Below are positions 10,176-19,980 of a DNA stretch of 64,000 bases, piece by piece. A program made the position numbers and the translations under genes. How positions within the stretch are numbered: the first letter of the stretch is position 1; every line of letters starts with the position of its first letter. The notes below the pieces were generated by a model, which saw only the letters and a program-made list of their open reading frames with translations, had not been told where the DNA came from and searched no databases. Source of the stretch: Meiothermus sp. GTDB taxonomy: Bacteria > Deinococcota > Deinococci > Deinococcales > Thermaceae. The stretch spans positions 12,488 through 76,487 of the forward strand of contig JANRLD010000025.1 of the NCBI GenBank assembly GCA_033762915.1, given 5' to 3'.

Positions 10176-11348
10176 TTATTGGGGTACCCTAAAGGCTTCT
10201 CGCAGTGCCGCCAGGCCTTCTTCCAGCTCTTCGGTGGGCCCGGCAAAGCACAGGCGGAACCAGTCACCAAAGTCACGGCCAAACACCCCGCCGGGAACAA
10301 AGCCCAGGCCGTGCTCCCGCAACATGCGCTCGCAGAAGGCCTCGCCCCCCTCGGCGGTGGGCACCCGGCCGAACACATAGAAGGCCCCCTCGGGTTGTAC
10401 AAACTCGATCCCGCAGCGACGCAGGGTCTCCACCACCCGGTCGCGGCGGGCCTGGTAGGTCTGGCGCATCGCCTCCACCTCGGCCTCGGCTGAGAGGGCC
10501 TCGAGGGCCCCCCACTGGGCGAAGGCGGTGGCGCTGGTAACCAGATACTGGTGCAGCTTGAGGAACTGTGCGCTGTGCTCCGGGCTGGCGACCAGGTAGC
10601 CCAGCCGCCAGCCGGTCATGGCGTAACTCTTGGAGAACCCCCCCACCAGGATGGCGGGGTCGTCCGGGGCACTCAGCTCGAGCACCCCGATGTGACGGGA
10701 GGGGCCGAAGGTGATGTCCTGGTATATCTCGTCGCAGATCAGCCACAGCCCTCGCCGCCGGGCTAGCCCCAGCAGACCGTCCAGATCATCGCGCCGGAGC
10801 ATGGCCCCGGTGGGGTTGTTGGGGGTATTGACCACGATGGCCCGGGTGTGCGGGGTGATGGAACGCTCGAGCTCGACGAGGTCGGGCCGGAAGCCGTCCT
10901 GGGGGCGGGCCGGCAGCTCCACCGCCTCAGCCCCCAGCAGCCGGGGCAGGTGCAGGTAGTTGGGCCAGCAGGGCGTGGGCACCAGCACCTGGTCGCCGGG
11001 CTCGAGGACGGCCATCAGGGCCAGGGTCAGGGCCTCGCAGGCCCCCACCGTGACCACTACCGACTCGGCAGGCAGGCTGGTGCCGTAGCGCCGGCTGAGG
11101 TCGGCGGCGATGGCCTGCCGAAGTTCGGGAATCCCCGCGTTGGGGGCGTAGTGGGTGCGGCCTTCCATCAAGGCCCTGGCGGCGGCCTCGCGCACCGCCA
11201 GGGGTGTGTCGAAGCTGGGCTCGCCCAGGTGGAACGGGTAGACCGGCAGCCCGGCAGCCTGCCGTGCTTGCGCGGCGCTCACGATCCGCCGAATCCCCGA
11301 GGCGGGAGCCTGAGTGAGCGCCCGGCTGAACCTGGGAAGTCCCCTCAT
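10176..11348 (-). CDS. PLP-dependent aminotransferase class I/II
   Basis: GEPSF, NTPNNPTG, DEIY and SKSYAMTGWRLG motifs. Confidence 0.93.
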   Translation of the reverse strand: MRGLPRFSRALTQAPASGIRRIVSAAQARQAAGLPVYPFHLGEPSFDTPLAVREAAARALMEGRTHYAPNAGIPELRQAIAADLSRRYGTSLPAESVVVTVGACEALTLALMAVLEPGDQVLVPTPCWPNYLHLPRLLGAEAVELPARPQDGFRPDLVELERSITPHTRAIVVNTPNNPTGAMLRRDDLDGLLGLARRRGLWLICDEIYQDITFGPSRHIGVLELSAPDDPAILVGGFSKSYAMTGWRLGYLVASPEHSAQFLKLHQYLVTSATAFAQWGALEALSAEAEVEAMRQTYQARRDRVVETLRRCGIEFVQPEGAFYVFGRVPTAEGGEAFCERMLREHGLGFVPGGVFGRDFGDWFRLCFAGPTEELEEGLAALREAFRVPQ

Positions 11349-11364
11349 GGTGCGCCCCGTACAG

Positions 11365-12882
11365 CTACTGCCTGGGGGCCAGCCAGCCGCCCTCCATCAA
11401 CAGGCGGTTGGTGTAAATGCGCAGCCCCCGTGCCTCGGGCCGGGCCACGAAGACCGCCGGGAGGTGCCCCACGGTCAGGAACAGGCTCTCGCGCTGGACG
11501 ATCTCGAAGTACTGGTCGTAGAGGCGCTGCCGCTGCTGGCGGTTGAGGGTCACCAGCGCCCGGTCGAGCAAGGCGTCGAGGCGCGGGTCGTTGGACTGGG
11601 CCACGTTGAAGGCGTATTTGGAGTTAAGGCCGCCGTCGTAGGGCCAGGGGTCGAGGCTGCTGCCCGCCCACTGGAACCAGCAGATGTCGTAGTTGCCGCC
11701 CCGGGTGGTGTTGGAGAAGGCGGTGGGGTCCATGGGGCGGATGCGGGTCTGGATGCCGATCTCGCGCAGCATGGCGCTCACAATCTCGGCGGCCCGCAGC
11801 CGGGTGGGGATGGTCTCGGCGGGCATGTCCCAGACCAGCCGGGTGTCGCCCTTCTGCCGCACCCCGTCGGCCCCCCTGGCCCAGCCCGCCTCGTCGAGGA
11901 TGCGGTTGGCCCGTGCCACGTCGTAGTCGTACTTAAGGGTGTTGGGGTTGTGGGTCCAGATGGCCTGGGGCATGGAGTAGAAGGAGACCGCAGCGAGGTT
12001 GTTGGTCACGGCATTGACCAGGGCCGGCCGGTTGATGGCGTGGTTGACCGCCCGCCGCACGTTGGGGTCGGTGATGCGCTTGAGGTTCATGTAGATGTTG
12101 AGCTGGCCCAGCGGCTTGCCCACGTTGACGATCAGGCCGGCCCGGCGGGCGCGCTCGAGATCTGCCGAGGCCATGTCCACTGCGAAGTGCACGGTACCGG
12201 CCTCGAGCTCGATCAGCCGGGTGCTGGCGTCGGGAATGATGCGGAAGATCAACCGGTCGACGTAAGGCCGGCCGGCCCGCCAGTAGCGGGGGTTGCGCTC
12301 GAGCACGATCCGCTCGCCCTTCACGTACTGCGTCAGGCGGAACGGCCCGGAGGCCACCGGGTTGGCCCGGAAGCCGGCGGTACCCAGGCGCTGCACGGCC
12401 GCCGGCGAGACCACCACAAGGTTAATCATCCGCTCCATGAACTCGGGGTCGTAGCTCTGGTTGGTGATGCGCAGGGTGAAGTCGTCCACCACCTCTATGC
12501 TGCGGGTGCGGGCGAAGTAGGAGCCGTAACGCAGCCCGTTTTCGGGGTTGCGGTAGCGCTCGATCGTGAACTTGACCGCCTCGGCGTTAAGGGGTGTGCC
12601 GTCCTGGAAGTTCACGCCCCGGCGAATCTTCCAGGTGTAGACCCCCTGAGCGTTCACACTCCAGCTCTCGATGATCCAGGGGGCCACGCCATCTTCGCCC
12701 AGGATCACGAACGGGTCGCCGACCGCGTTGTTGTAGATGGTGGCGTCAATGGTACCGCCCACCATCGGGTCAGTGGACTCGACGTCCCTGGCCAGGGCGA
12801 TGACCAGAGTGCCCCCGCGCTGCTGGGCCAGGCCCACCGACAGCATCGACAAGATGAAAACCGCCATCAAGAATCTGTACAT
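11365..12882 (-). CDS. ABC solute-binding protein family 5 (peptide/opine/nickel type)
   Basis: Signal peptide, GGTLVIA, FQDGTPLNAEAVKFT, SGPFRL and VRRAVNHAINR motifs. Confidence 0.92.
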   Translation of the reverse strand: MYRFLMAVFILSMLSVGLAQQRGGTLVIALARDVESTDPMVGGTIDATIYNNAVGDPFVILGEDGVAPWIIESWSVNAQGVYTWKIRRGVNFQDGTPLNAEAVKFTIERYRNPENGLRYGSYFARTRSIEVVDDFTLRITNQSYDPEFMERMINLVVVSPAAVQRLGTAGFRANPVASGPFRLTQYVKGERIVLERNPRYWRAGRPYVDRLIFRIIPDASTRLIELEAGTVHFAVDMASADLERARRAGLIVNVGKPLGQLNIYMNLKRITDPNVRRAVNHAINRPALVNAVTNNLAAVSFYSMPQAIWTHNPNTLKYDYDVARANRILDEAGWARGADGVRQKGDTRLVWDMPAETIPTRLRAAEIVSAMLREIGIQTRIRPMDPTAFSNTTRGGNYDICWFQWAGSSLDPWPYDGGLNSKYAFNVAQSNDPRLDALLDRALVTLNRQQRQRLYDQYFEIVQRESLFLTVGHLPAVFVARPEARGLRIYTNRLLMEGGWLAPRQ

Positions 12883-12903
12883 ACCTGCCTCCTCCTCATT
12901 CCT

Positions 12904-13995
12904 CTAAACACCCAACGTGCCGTGGTGTCGCTCGAGCGCGGTAAAAAGCCCGCCACCCTCGGCCTCGATCATCGCGGCCAGGTCGGCGAAGTTTTGGTCC
13001 GAGAGGCCGCGCTTCCCCTCCTCGATCTCCGAGATCACCCGCAGCAGGGCGCGGTTGTAGGGGACCGCCACCCCAGCCTTGTCGGCGAAGCGGATCAGGG
13101 CCTCCATCATCGCGGCAGTCTCGGTCTTGCGCTTGCGGTACATCAGGTCCCAGCGCATCCCGCTGCCGGTCTTGACGAAGCGGTGGAAGCTGTGCGAGCG
13201 GAAGACCTCATGGCGCGGCCAGGCGTGGTCAATCCAGAAGAACAGCGCCTCGTCGTCGCCCCGGTAGGGGCCGGGGTCGAAGAAGTCGAAGCCCACCAGC
13301 CGGATGCCCAGCGCATCAGCCACCCGGATGGCCTCGCGCACCAGCGCCCCCGCCACCAGCTTGTGCAACGGCTTGTCCAGGGCCTCGCCAGAGCGCCGGT
13401 CGGTGATGGCGGTGCAGACGATCTGCGAGCCGTAGACGAACTTGGTCCAAACCGTGCCCACGATGTTGTCGGTGATGAGGGTGGGGGTCCAGTGCAGCAG
13501 GGCCTGCTGGAGGCTTTGCAGCCGGGGCGTGAGCCGCCCGTCGAGTTCGCCAATCCAGATGTAGTTGGGAAAGCCCGCTTCCAAGTGTCCGGGGTTCACC
13601 AGGGCGGCCCCGTAGTTGGGGTCGGCCCCGATGGTGCGCTCGGCCCCCACAATCTCCTCGAACAAGTAGATGTTCTCGCCGGCCTGGAGCGAGACGAAGG
13701 CGGTGTCGGGGGTGCTGTAAGGAAGGAGCTGTTCCAAGGCGCCGCGGGTGTCGTGCGACTTCACCGCCACAATCACCGTCTCCAGCGGGCCCAGCTCCGC
13801 CAGCCGGTCGGGGGTGACCGCCCGCACCGGTATACGGTGCTTGCCACGCACTCCGTCCACATACACCCCGTCCCGATTGAGCGCGTCCACGTGCTCCTGC
13901 CAGCGCTCCACAAAGGTCACGTCCAGCCCGGCCCGGCTCATCCAGGTGCCCGCCAGACCGCCGATCCCGCCTGCCCCAACCACCGTGATCTTCAT
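12904..13995 (-). CDS. Ketopantoate reductase (PanE/ApbA)-family oxidoreductase
   Basis: GAGGIG, AVKS, WTK and SGMRWDL...KTE motifs. Confidence 0.85.
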   Translation of the reverse strand: MKITVVGAGGIGGLAGTWMSRAGLDVTFVERWQEHVDALNRDGVYVDGVRGKHRIPVRAVTPDRLAELGPLETVIVAVKSHDTRGALEQLLPYSTPDTAFVSLQAGENIYLFEEIVGAERTIGADPNYGAALVNPGHLEAGFPNYIWIGELDGRLTPRLQSLQQALLHWTPTLITDNIVGTVWTKFVYGSQIVCTAITDRRSGEALDKPLHKLVAGALVREAIRVADALGIRLVGFDFFDPGPYRGDDEALFFWIDHAWPRHEVFRSHSFHRFVKTGSGMRWDLMYRKRKTETAAMMEALIRFADKAGVAVPYNRALLRVISEIEEGKRGLSDQNFADLAAMIEAEGGGLFTALERHHGTLGV

Positions 13996-13996
13996 C

Positions 13997-14950
13997 TCAT
14001 GCCTCCACCGCCAGCGTCACCAGCGACTCCCCCGGATGCACCCGCACGCCGGTGCGCATCACCGCCACCACGCCGGGCGAAGAGGCCTCCACCACCTGCA
14101 GCACCTCGCCCAGCAGGTTGCGTACCTCGCCTAGCCTCTGGCCTGCCTTCACCTGCTCCCCCAGCGCCACGAACGCGGCAAACACTCCCCCGACCCTTGC
14201 CGGGTTGGAGGCGGTGCGCCGAACCGGGAGCTGGCCCGGCTGGGCGCGGCCGGGAATCATCTGAAGATGGCGCAGTGCCGCCCGTACGATCTCCACCCAC
14301 TCCGACGCGTTCTCCCTGGCGTGGCGGTGGGCCGACCCGGCCTCGATGGCCAGTTGCGGCACCCCAATCTCCGGGGTGGCGCTGCTCCACATGCCGGGCA
14401 GGTTGCGGCTCGAGGGGTCCAGGAGGAACTCCAGCGGCAGGGCCTGGGCCAGCGGCAGCAGCGAGGGCTTGCCGGGCGCGTCGGTGAAGCGCCCGAAAGC
14501 GATATCACCCACCTCCGGGCTGCCGCCGTGGAGGTCGATGAGCAGATCGGCGCCGGGAAGAACATGGTGATGCAGGGCCGCCGCGATTTGCTGGGTGACG
14601 GTGCCCGAGTCTGAACCGGGGTGAACACGGTTCATGTCCTGCTGGTCGAAGGGGCTGTTGCGCCTGCCGTGGGTGTAGCCGTGGACGTTGAGGCAGGGCA
14701 GAATCCAGAGCTGTCCTGCGAGTTCTCCGGGCTTGACGGCCTCGGCCACCTCGAGCGCCCCCAGGGTGGCGTAGCCCTCGTCGCCATGCTGGGCGGCGGC
14801 CACCACCACCTTGGGGCCGGGCCGCACGCCGCAGACCACGATTAAGGGCAGCAGGGTGGGGCCGGTCCAGCTCTCCCCCACCCCCAGCCAGGTGCGCGTC
14901 ACGCTGCCAGGGGCGGGCTCGAGCCCGTGCAGGTCCTTGGCCCGGATCAC
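13997..14950 (-). CDS. Succinylglutamate desuccinylase/aspartoacylase (M14) family deacylase
   Basis: QHGDE, DMNRVHPG, DLHGG and IEAG motifs; C-terminal biotinyl-like domain. Confidence 0.9.
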   Translation of the reverse strand: MIRAKDLHGLEPAPGSVTRTWLGVGESWTGPTLLPLIVVCGVRPGPKVVVAAAQHGDEGYATLGALEVAEAVKPGELAGQLWILPCLNVHGYTHGRRNSPFDQQDMNRVHPGSDSGTVTQQIAAALHHHVLPGADLLIDLHGGSPEVGDIAFGRFTDAPGKPSLLPLAQALPLEFLLDPSSRNLPGMWSSATPEIGVPQLAIEAGSAHRHARENASEWVEIVRAALRHLQMIPGRAQPGQLPVRRTASNPARVGGVFAAFVALGEQVKAGQRLGEVRNLLGEVLQVVEASSPGVVAVMRTGVRVHPGESLVTLAVEA

Positions 14951-15981
14951 GCCACCTCCCTGGCCGAGCGGCGGGCACCCAGGAGTCCCTCGAGGGCCGC
15001 CTTTTCGCCGGTTTTGGCCGCCTGGAACAGCGTTTCGTAGGCTTGAATCGCTAGGACACCCACCCCCACCGCCGAGGCCGCCTGGCGCAGCTGGGCGAAG
15101 AGGCTCGAGAGTTCCTCGCCGGGGTTGGCGGGCGAGAGGCTGTGACCCAGACCGCAGGTGGTGGGGAAGGCGTAGGCCGAGCCCACCCGGTACTGCTCGT
15201 GGCGGACCCAGGCGTTTTTCACCCAGGTGTCCAGCGTGAAGGATTGGCCGGGGCCTTGGGCGCGGTAGAGCGGCGGGTCGAAGAAGTCGCCGCCCATCAG
15301 CGCCACCCCGAAACGCTCTGCCACCGCCTGAACCTCGCGCACCAGCCGCACGGCAGCGGCGCGGGCGCGGGGGTGGGCGTAGAACTCGGTCGGGTGCTGC
15401 CCGAAGAGCGCCGGGAGGCCGGCCTCGAGGCTAAAGGCCACCTTGGCCCAGACCATGCCAACAATAGCGCGGGTGGTGAGCGAGGGCGCAGCCCAGCTCA
15501 GGTCACGCTGCACCTCTTCCATCAGCGGCGTAAGGGTACCCGCCACGTTACCCAGCCAGATGAAGTTGGCGAAGGCAGTCTCCACATTCCCATCGGGCAA
15601 CTGGCGCATCTCGCTCTGCACCACCGCCTGGATCACCTCTGCCCCCCACTCTCGCCCCAGCCGAAGCCCGTCCAGACCGCCGATAGCCACGACCAGGGGC
15701 AGGGCCGGGAACTGCGAAGCCAGTTGGCCCAGTGCCTCCTCCGCCTCGGCAGGCCTCACCGCCAGGATCGCGGCGTCGAACTCCCCGCTTAGGCCCTCCC
15801 AGCCCACCGCCCTTAGCTGCAGCGGCTCACCCATTCGGTGGCCCACCAGCCCGACCGGCCGCCCCAGCCGCTCCCTGCGCCCAGCGTCGGTCTCCACCAG
15901 CGTCACGCCCCGTCCGGCCCGCACCAGCGCGTGGCCCAGCCAACTGCCCAGCGCCCCGCCGCCGACGATCAAGTAGTTCAT
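14947..15981 (-). CDS. Second, degenerate PanE/ApbA-like protein
   Basis: GGGALG Rossmann motif, WAK; shares FFDP..Y and AW.RHE..R with 12904..13995. Confidence 0.75.
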   Translation of the reverse strand: MNYLIVGGGALGSWLGHALVRAGRGVTLVETDAGRRERLGRPVGLVGHRMGEPLQLRAVGWEGLSGEFDAAILAVRPAEAEEALGQLASQFPALPLVVAIGGLDGLRLGREWGAEVIQAVVQSEMRQLPDGNVETAFANFIWLGNVAGTLTPLMEEVQRDLSWAAPSLTTRAIVGMVWAKVAFSLEAGLPALFGQHPTEFYAHPRARAAAVRLVREVQAVAERFGVALMGGDFFDPPLYRAQGPGQSFTLDTWVKNAWVRHEQYRVGSAYAFPTTCGLGHSLSPANPGEELSSLFAQLRQAASAVGVGVLAIQAYETLFQAAKTGEKAALEGLLGARRSAREVA

Positions 15982-16000
15982 ACCCTCCTGCCTCCTTGGC

Positions 16001-17155
16001 TCAGACGATCAGGGCGACCGACTCGAGCGAGTGCATCCTTCCGTAGAGCTTCTGGGCCAAGGCTCGAGGGGGCCGCGGCGCGACCAGAGAACGCAGCCGG
16101 CGCTCACCGAGCCAGTACGACCAAACGTGTGCCCCGCGGCCCTTGGGGGCGATATAGCCCAGCCGGTTGTCCACCCAGCCCGCCCCTCCCGACAGCGAGT
16201 TGCGGTGCAGGTAGTCGGCCGCTTGGTCGCGGCTCCAGCCCAGCTTGTGCAGCCCCCAGGCCGCCACTGTGCCCAGCCCAGCGCGGTAGTTGGTGAGCAG
16301 GGCCTGCACCTTGTCGTCTGCGTCTTCCCAGTCCAGCAGGTGCCCGCCCGAGTCGGCCACGCCTTCGAACAGGGGGCTCCCGGCGCTCTTGACCAGCGAG
16401 AGCAGGCCGTCGGCGTAGCCCCAGCCCTCGAGGTAAGCCCTCCGACGGGTCTCAAACTGGAGGCAGTGGCCGGGGAAGATCTCGTGGATCACCAGGTGCT
16501 TGAGGCTCTGGCGGGTGAGGACGGGGTCGCGGTTGACCTCCACGGTCAGGCGGGCGTAGTCGCAGCGGGCGTTGAAGGCCGCACCAGAGACGATCTTGAT
16601 CTGCGGGTCGGGGCATTCGATGGGCCAGAAGACCGCCTCACTGCGGCCCCTGGCCTCGTCGGTCAGCATCAGCATGGTCTGCTCAATCTGCTCAGGCTCG
16701 ACCCGGTGCCGGGCTTCCCAGGCGGTTGCCCGCTGGGCCAGGTCGCCGGCATAGCCCATCCCGCCCAGCAGCCCATGCAACTTGCCCCGGATTTCCTCGA
16801 GCTCGGCCTCGCTGGCGGGCCGGGGCGGGGCGGCCAGAAAGCCCTCGATCTGGGCCTCGAGGCCCAGTCCCTGTGTGTTCCACTCGATCACCGCCAGAGC
16901 CGAGCCGCACAGGGCCAGGTAGTAGGTGCGGCGGTCGGGTTCCAGGAGGCTACGGGCTTGCCCCCGCAACTCGTTAAAGCGCACCTTAGCCGCTGCGAAG
17001 TCGGGGAAGGGCTCGGGCTCCAGCCGCTCCAGCTCGAGTACCACCAGCCCCCAGGGGTCTTCGGGGTTGGCGGCGCGGTGCAGCTGATCCAGGCCCAGGT
17101 AGGCTCTCGCCAGGGCCAGGGCGTAGCGGCGGGTGGCCTCCGGCGCCTCAACCAT
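16001..17155 (-). CDS. DUF885-like putative metallopeptidase
   Basis: HEIFPGH motif with downstream EGVA. Confidence 0.6.
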   Translation of the reverse strand: MVEAPEATRRYALALARAYLGLDQLHRAANPEDPWGLVVLELERLEPEPFPDFAAAKVRFNELRGQARSLLEPDRRTYYLALCGSALAVIEWNTQGLGLEAQIEGFLAAPPRPASEAELEEIRGKLHGLLGGMGYAGDLAQRATAWEARHRVEPEQIEQTMLMLTDEARGRSEAVFWPIECPDPQIKIVSGAAFNARCDYARLTVEVNRDPVLTRQSLKHLVIHEIFPGHCLQFETRRRAYLEGWGYADGLLSLVKSAGSPLFEGVADSGGHLLDWEDADDKVQALLTNYRAGLGTVAAWGLHKLGWSRDQAADYLHRNSLSGGAGWVDNRLGYIAPKGRGAHVWSYWLGERRLRSLVAPRPPRALAQKLYGRMHSLESVALIV

Positions 17156-18275
17156 AGAAGCGCTCCACTCCGTCCACCACCGCCTGAATGTCCTCTGGGT
17201 TCACGTCGGGGTGGTTGGGCAGGCTCAGCACCTCGCGGGTCAACCGCTCGGACACTGGGAAGTCGCCCTCCCGGTGCCCACACAGGGCTTGGTAGGGCGG
17301 CAAGAGGTGCAGGTCTTGGGGGTAGAGCACGGTGGACTCGACGCCAGCGTCGGCCAGGAACTTCTGCAGCGCATCGCGGCGACCTTCGGGCACCCGCAGG
17401 GTGTAGTGCAGGAAGGCGTGGGTGCAGCCGGGCAGGGTCTGCGGGGTGACCACCGGCAGCCCCCTCTCGGCGAAAAGGCGGTTGTACAGTGCGGCGTTCT
17501 CGCGGCGGCGTTGGTTCCACTCTTCTATTCGGCGCAACTGCACCCGCCCCACGGCGGCATGGAGCTCGGAGAGGCGCAGGTTGTAGCCGACGCGGTGAAT
17601 CTCGTAGAAGCGCTGGCCTTTGGCCCGTGGCCGGCCGTGGTCGCGCAGCAGCCGCACCTCTTGGGCCAGGTCGTCGTTGTTGGTGGTCACCATCCCGCCC
17701 AGCCCGCAAACCGAGATGGTCTTGCCCGCAAAGCTCACAAAGCCTGCAGCGCCGATGCCCCCGACGTATTGCCCCTGATGCTGCGCACCCAGCGCGTGGC
17801 AGAAGTCCTCGAGCAGGTACACCCCGTGCCGCTCGGCCAGCGCCTTCAACCGGCCCATCTCGGCAGGGTGGCCGTACTTGTGCGCCGGGACGATGGCCCT
17901 GGTTTTCTCGCTGATGGCCGCAGCGGCCTGATCGGGCTCGAGGTTAAAGGTCTGTTCCTCCACGTCGGCGAAGCGCGGGGTGGCCCCCACCACCGCCACC
18001 GCCTCGGCCAGCGTCACGAAGCCCATCGCAGGCACGATTACCTCGTCGCCCGGCCCGATGCCCAGCGCCCTCAAGATCAGCATCATGGCCGAGGTGCCAG
18101 AGTTTACCGCCACCGCGTGGCGCACCCCGATGGAGTTGGCCAGCTCGGCCTCGAAGGCCTCGTTCTCCGGCCCCAGGTAGTAGTTGCGGCTCTCGAGGGC
18201 GCCCAGCAAGGCCTCGCGCATGGCCTCGTCGACATGGTTAAAGCCCTTGCGAACCCGGCGCGTGGCGGTACTCAT
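17148..18275 (-). CDS. DegT/DnrJ/EryC1/StrS-family PLP aminotransferase
   Basis: NSGTSAM, GPGDEVIVP, LLEDFCHALG, GGMVTTN, GYNLRL and LSLPNHP motifs; probable start ATG 18275 overlaps the upstream stop. Confidence 0.9.
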   Translation of the reverse strand: MSTATRRVRKGFNHVDEAMREALLGALESRNYYLGPENEAFEAELANSIGVRHAVAVNSGTSAMMLILRALGIGPGDEVIVPAMGFVTLAEAVAVVGATPRFADVEEQTFNLEPDQAAAAISEKTRAIVPAHKYGHPAEMGRLKALAERHGVYLLEDFCHALGAQHQGQYVGGIGAAGFVSFAGKTISVCGLGGMVTTNNDDLAQEVRLLRDHGRPRAKGQRFYEIHRVGYNLRLSELHAAVGRVQLRRIEEWNQRRRENAALYNRLFAERGLPVVTPQTLPGCTHAFLHYTLRVPEGRRDALQKFLADAGVESTVLYPQDLHLLPPYQALCGHREGDFPVSERLTREVLSLPNHPDVNPEDIQAVVDGVERFYG

Positions 18276-19096
18276 GGCTTGTGGGGGTAGAACGCGTTGT
18301 CGATCTTCATGTCCAGCGGCAGGGTCTGGAACTGGGTCGCGAAGCGGGCCAGGTAGTCGCTCACCACCTCCAAGATGCGCTCGCCGTGCGCTTCCGAGGC
18401 CTCGGTGGCGGGCTTGGAAGTGTCCCAGTAGCCCAGCGGCCAGCGCTCTTTCATCAACAGCGGTAGCTCCACCCCGCCGGCTTCGAAGCCGATGTCGTAC
18501 TTGCCGGTGGAGTCGAAGCCGTGGCCGATGTCGGTGATGGCGCAGCCGCCCTCGGCCTTGCTCAAGTCGACGTTGCCGGGGCGGCAGGCCATCGCCACCG
18601 AAGTCTCGGTGAAGCCGCCGTGGTCTGGCCCCAGCTTCAGCTCGGGCAGCAGCGCGATGGCCAGCCGGTACCACAGCGGGATGGCTGAGAGGATGCCCAG
18701 TTCGCGGCGCAGCTTGAGCGAGACCTGCTTCATAACGGGAGCGTTGGGGCCGTGGCCGGTGATCCAGATGATGCGGCGGATGCCCCAGCCGTGCAGCGAG
18801 CGAGCGATGTCCTCCAGCACGTAGGTCGAGGTCTGCGGGCTGAAGCTGATCGTGCCGGGGAAGTCCATGGTGGAGTCGCAGTAGCCGTAGGGGATTCCAG
18901 GCAGCGCGATGGCGTTGCACTTGGCGGCAGAGCGGATGGCCACCTGCTCGGCGGCGAAGTGGTCGGTACCGATGATGCCGTGCGGGCCGTGGGCCTCCAC
19001 CGCGCCCATCGGGACGAAAGCGGTGTCGGTCTGGCGGAAAGCCTCTTCAGCTTCCAGAAAGGTCATGTCGGCTAGGTAGTGGGTTCGCATACGCAC
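18272..19096 (-). CDS. Creatininase-family cyclic amide hydrolase
   Basis: PMGAVEAHGPH..GTD, TGHGPN and DHGGFTETS metal-binding motifs; start may be ATG 19090. Confidence 0.9.
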   Translation of the reverse strand: MRMRTHYLADMTFLEAEEAFRQTDTAFVPMGAVEAHGPHGIIGTDHFAAEQVAIRSAAKCNAIALPGIPYGYCDSTMDFPGTISFSPQTSTYVLEDIARSLHGWGIRRIIWITGHGPNAPVMKQVSLKLRRELGILSAIPLWYRLAIALLPELKLGPDHGGFTETSVAMACRPGNVDLSKAEGGCAITDIGHGFDSTGKYDIGFEAGGVELPLLMKERWPLGYWDTSKPATEASEAHGERILEVVSDYLARFATQFQTLPLDMKIDNAFYPHKP

Positions 19097-19170
19097 CTCG
19101 CTGGCTCGGCCTGGCGCGGCCCCGCGCCCTGGCCCCTGGTTGTCTTCTTACGGCGTTGAGTATAAGATGC

Positions 19171-19202
19171 TAAGTAGACTTAATCAACTGGTCCGTCCAA
19201 TC
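19171..19202. promoter_or_regulatory. Putative FadR/GntR operator(s) in the divergent promoter
   Basis: AACTGGTCCGTCCAATC (19186-19202) resembles the FadR-type TGGTCnGACCA palindrome; adjacent TAAGT-AG-ACTTA palindrome at 19171-19182. Confidence 0.55.
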
Positions 19203-19274
19203 TACTATGCCTACTCCGCTATCACCCCCGCCGCCCGCAGTGAAGTATGCTCTTGCCCTGGATACGGAGGCCAG

Positions 19275-19976
19275 ATGAAATTCGGACGGGTTCAACAGAT
19301 CAGGCTGTATGAGCAGATTGTCGAACGGATGGAGGAACTGGCCGAGGTCGGGCAGCTCACCCCGGGGGAGAAGTTCCCCCCCGAGCGGGAGCTGATGAAG
19401 CAACTGGGGGTAAGCCGCCAGGTGCTGCGCGAGGCCTTCAGCGTGATGGAGTCTCAGGGCTGGGTATCCACCACCCCCGGCGGAGGGCGGGTGTATCTGG
19501 GCAAGACCGGCTCCAACCCGGCGGTGCTGCTCAAGGCGCTGCAGGGCTCGGCGCTGCTCGAGCTGCTCGACGCCAGGGAAGCAGTGGAGTGCAAGATCGC
19601 CGAGCTGGCCGCACAGAACGCCACCCCCGAGGACATCCGGGGCCTGGTGGAGCGCATCGAAAAACTCGACCAGAGCGGCTACACCTTCGAGTGGAACTAC
19701 GACTTCCACCTGGCCATCGCCGAGACCGCACGCAACAACGTGCTGTACAGCCTGCTCCAGCTCTTGCTGCAGATCCGCCGCGAGGTCTACGCCAGGGACT
19801 ACCTTTCCAAAGCCCAGCTAAAGCGGCTGTTCCAGGATCATCTTTCCATTGTCGAGGCCATCGAGACCGGCGAGGGGGCGCGGGCCAGGGAGGTCATGCG
19901 CAAGCACATCCTCGATACCCGCCGGGCCTACCAGGAGCGCATCGCCAAGCTGGGCACCGAGGTCGGTCAGGAGTAG
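19275..19976 (+). CDS. FadR/GntR-family transcriptional regulator
   Basis: PGEKFPPERELMKQLGVSRQVLREA wHTH and FCD domain (FHLAIA, H...I.AI); GGAGG RBS before ATG 19275. Confidence 0.92.
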   Translation: MKFGRVQQIRLYEQIVERMEELAEVGQLTPGEKFPPERELMKQLGVSRQVLREAFSVMESQGWVSTTPGGGRVYLGKTGSNPAVLLKALQGSALLELLDAREAVECKIAELAAQNATPEDIRGLVERIEKLDQSGYTFEWNYDFHLAIAETARNNVLYSLLQLLLQIRREVYARDYLSKAQLKRLFQDHLSIVEAIETGEGARAREVMRKHILDTRRAYQERIAKLGTEVGQE

Positions 19977-19980
19977 ACCT

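Noticed and set aside
11314..14487. 1057-aa plus-strand ORF
   Set aside because: Antisense shadow of three well-supported minus-strand genes; typical of high-GC codon bias, no motifs.
17148..18920. 590-aa version of the DegT ORF suggesting a fusion
   Set aside because: The first ~214 aa overlap the creatininase gene out of frame; ATG 18275 overlapping the upstream stop is the natural start.
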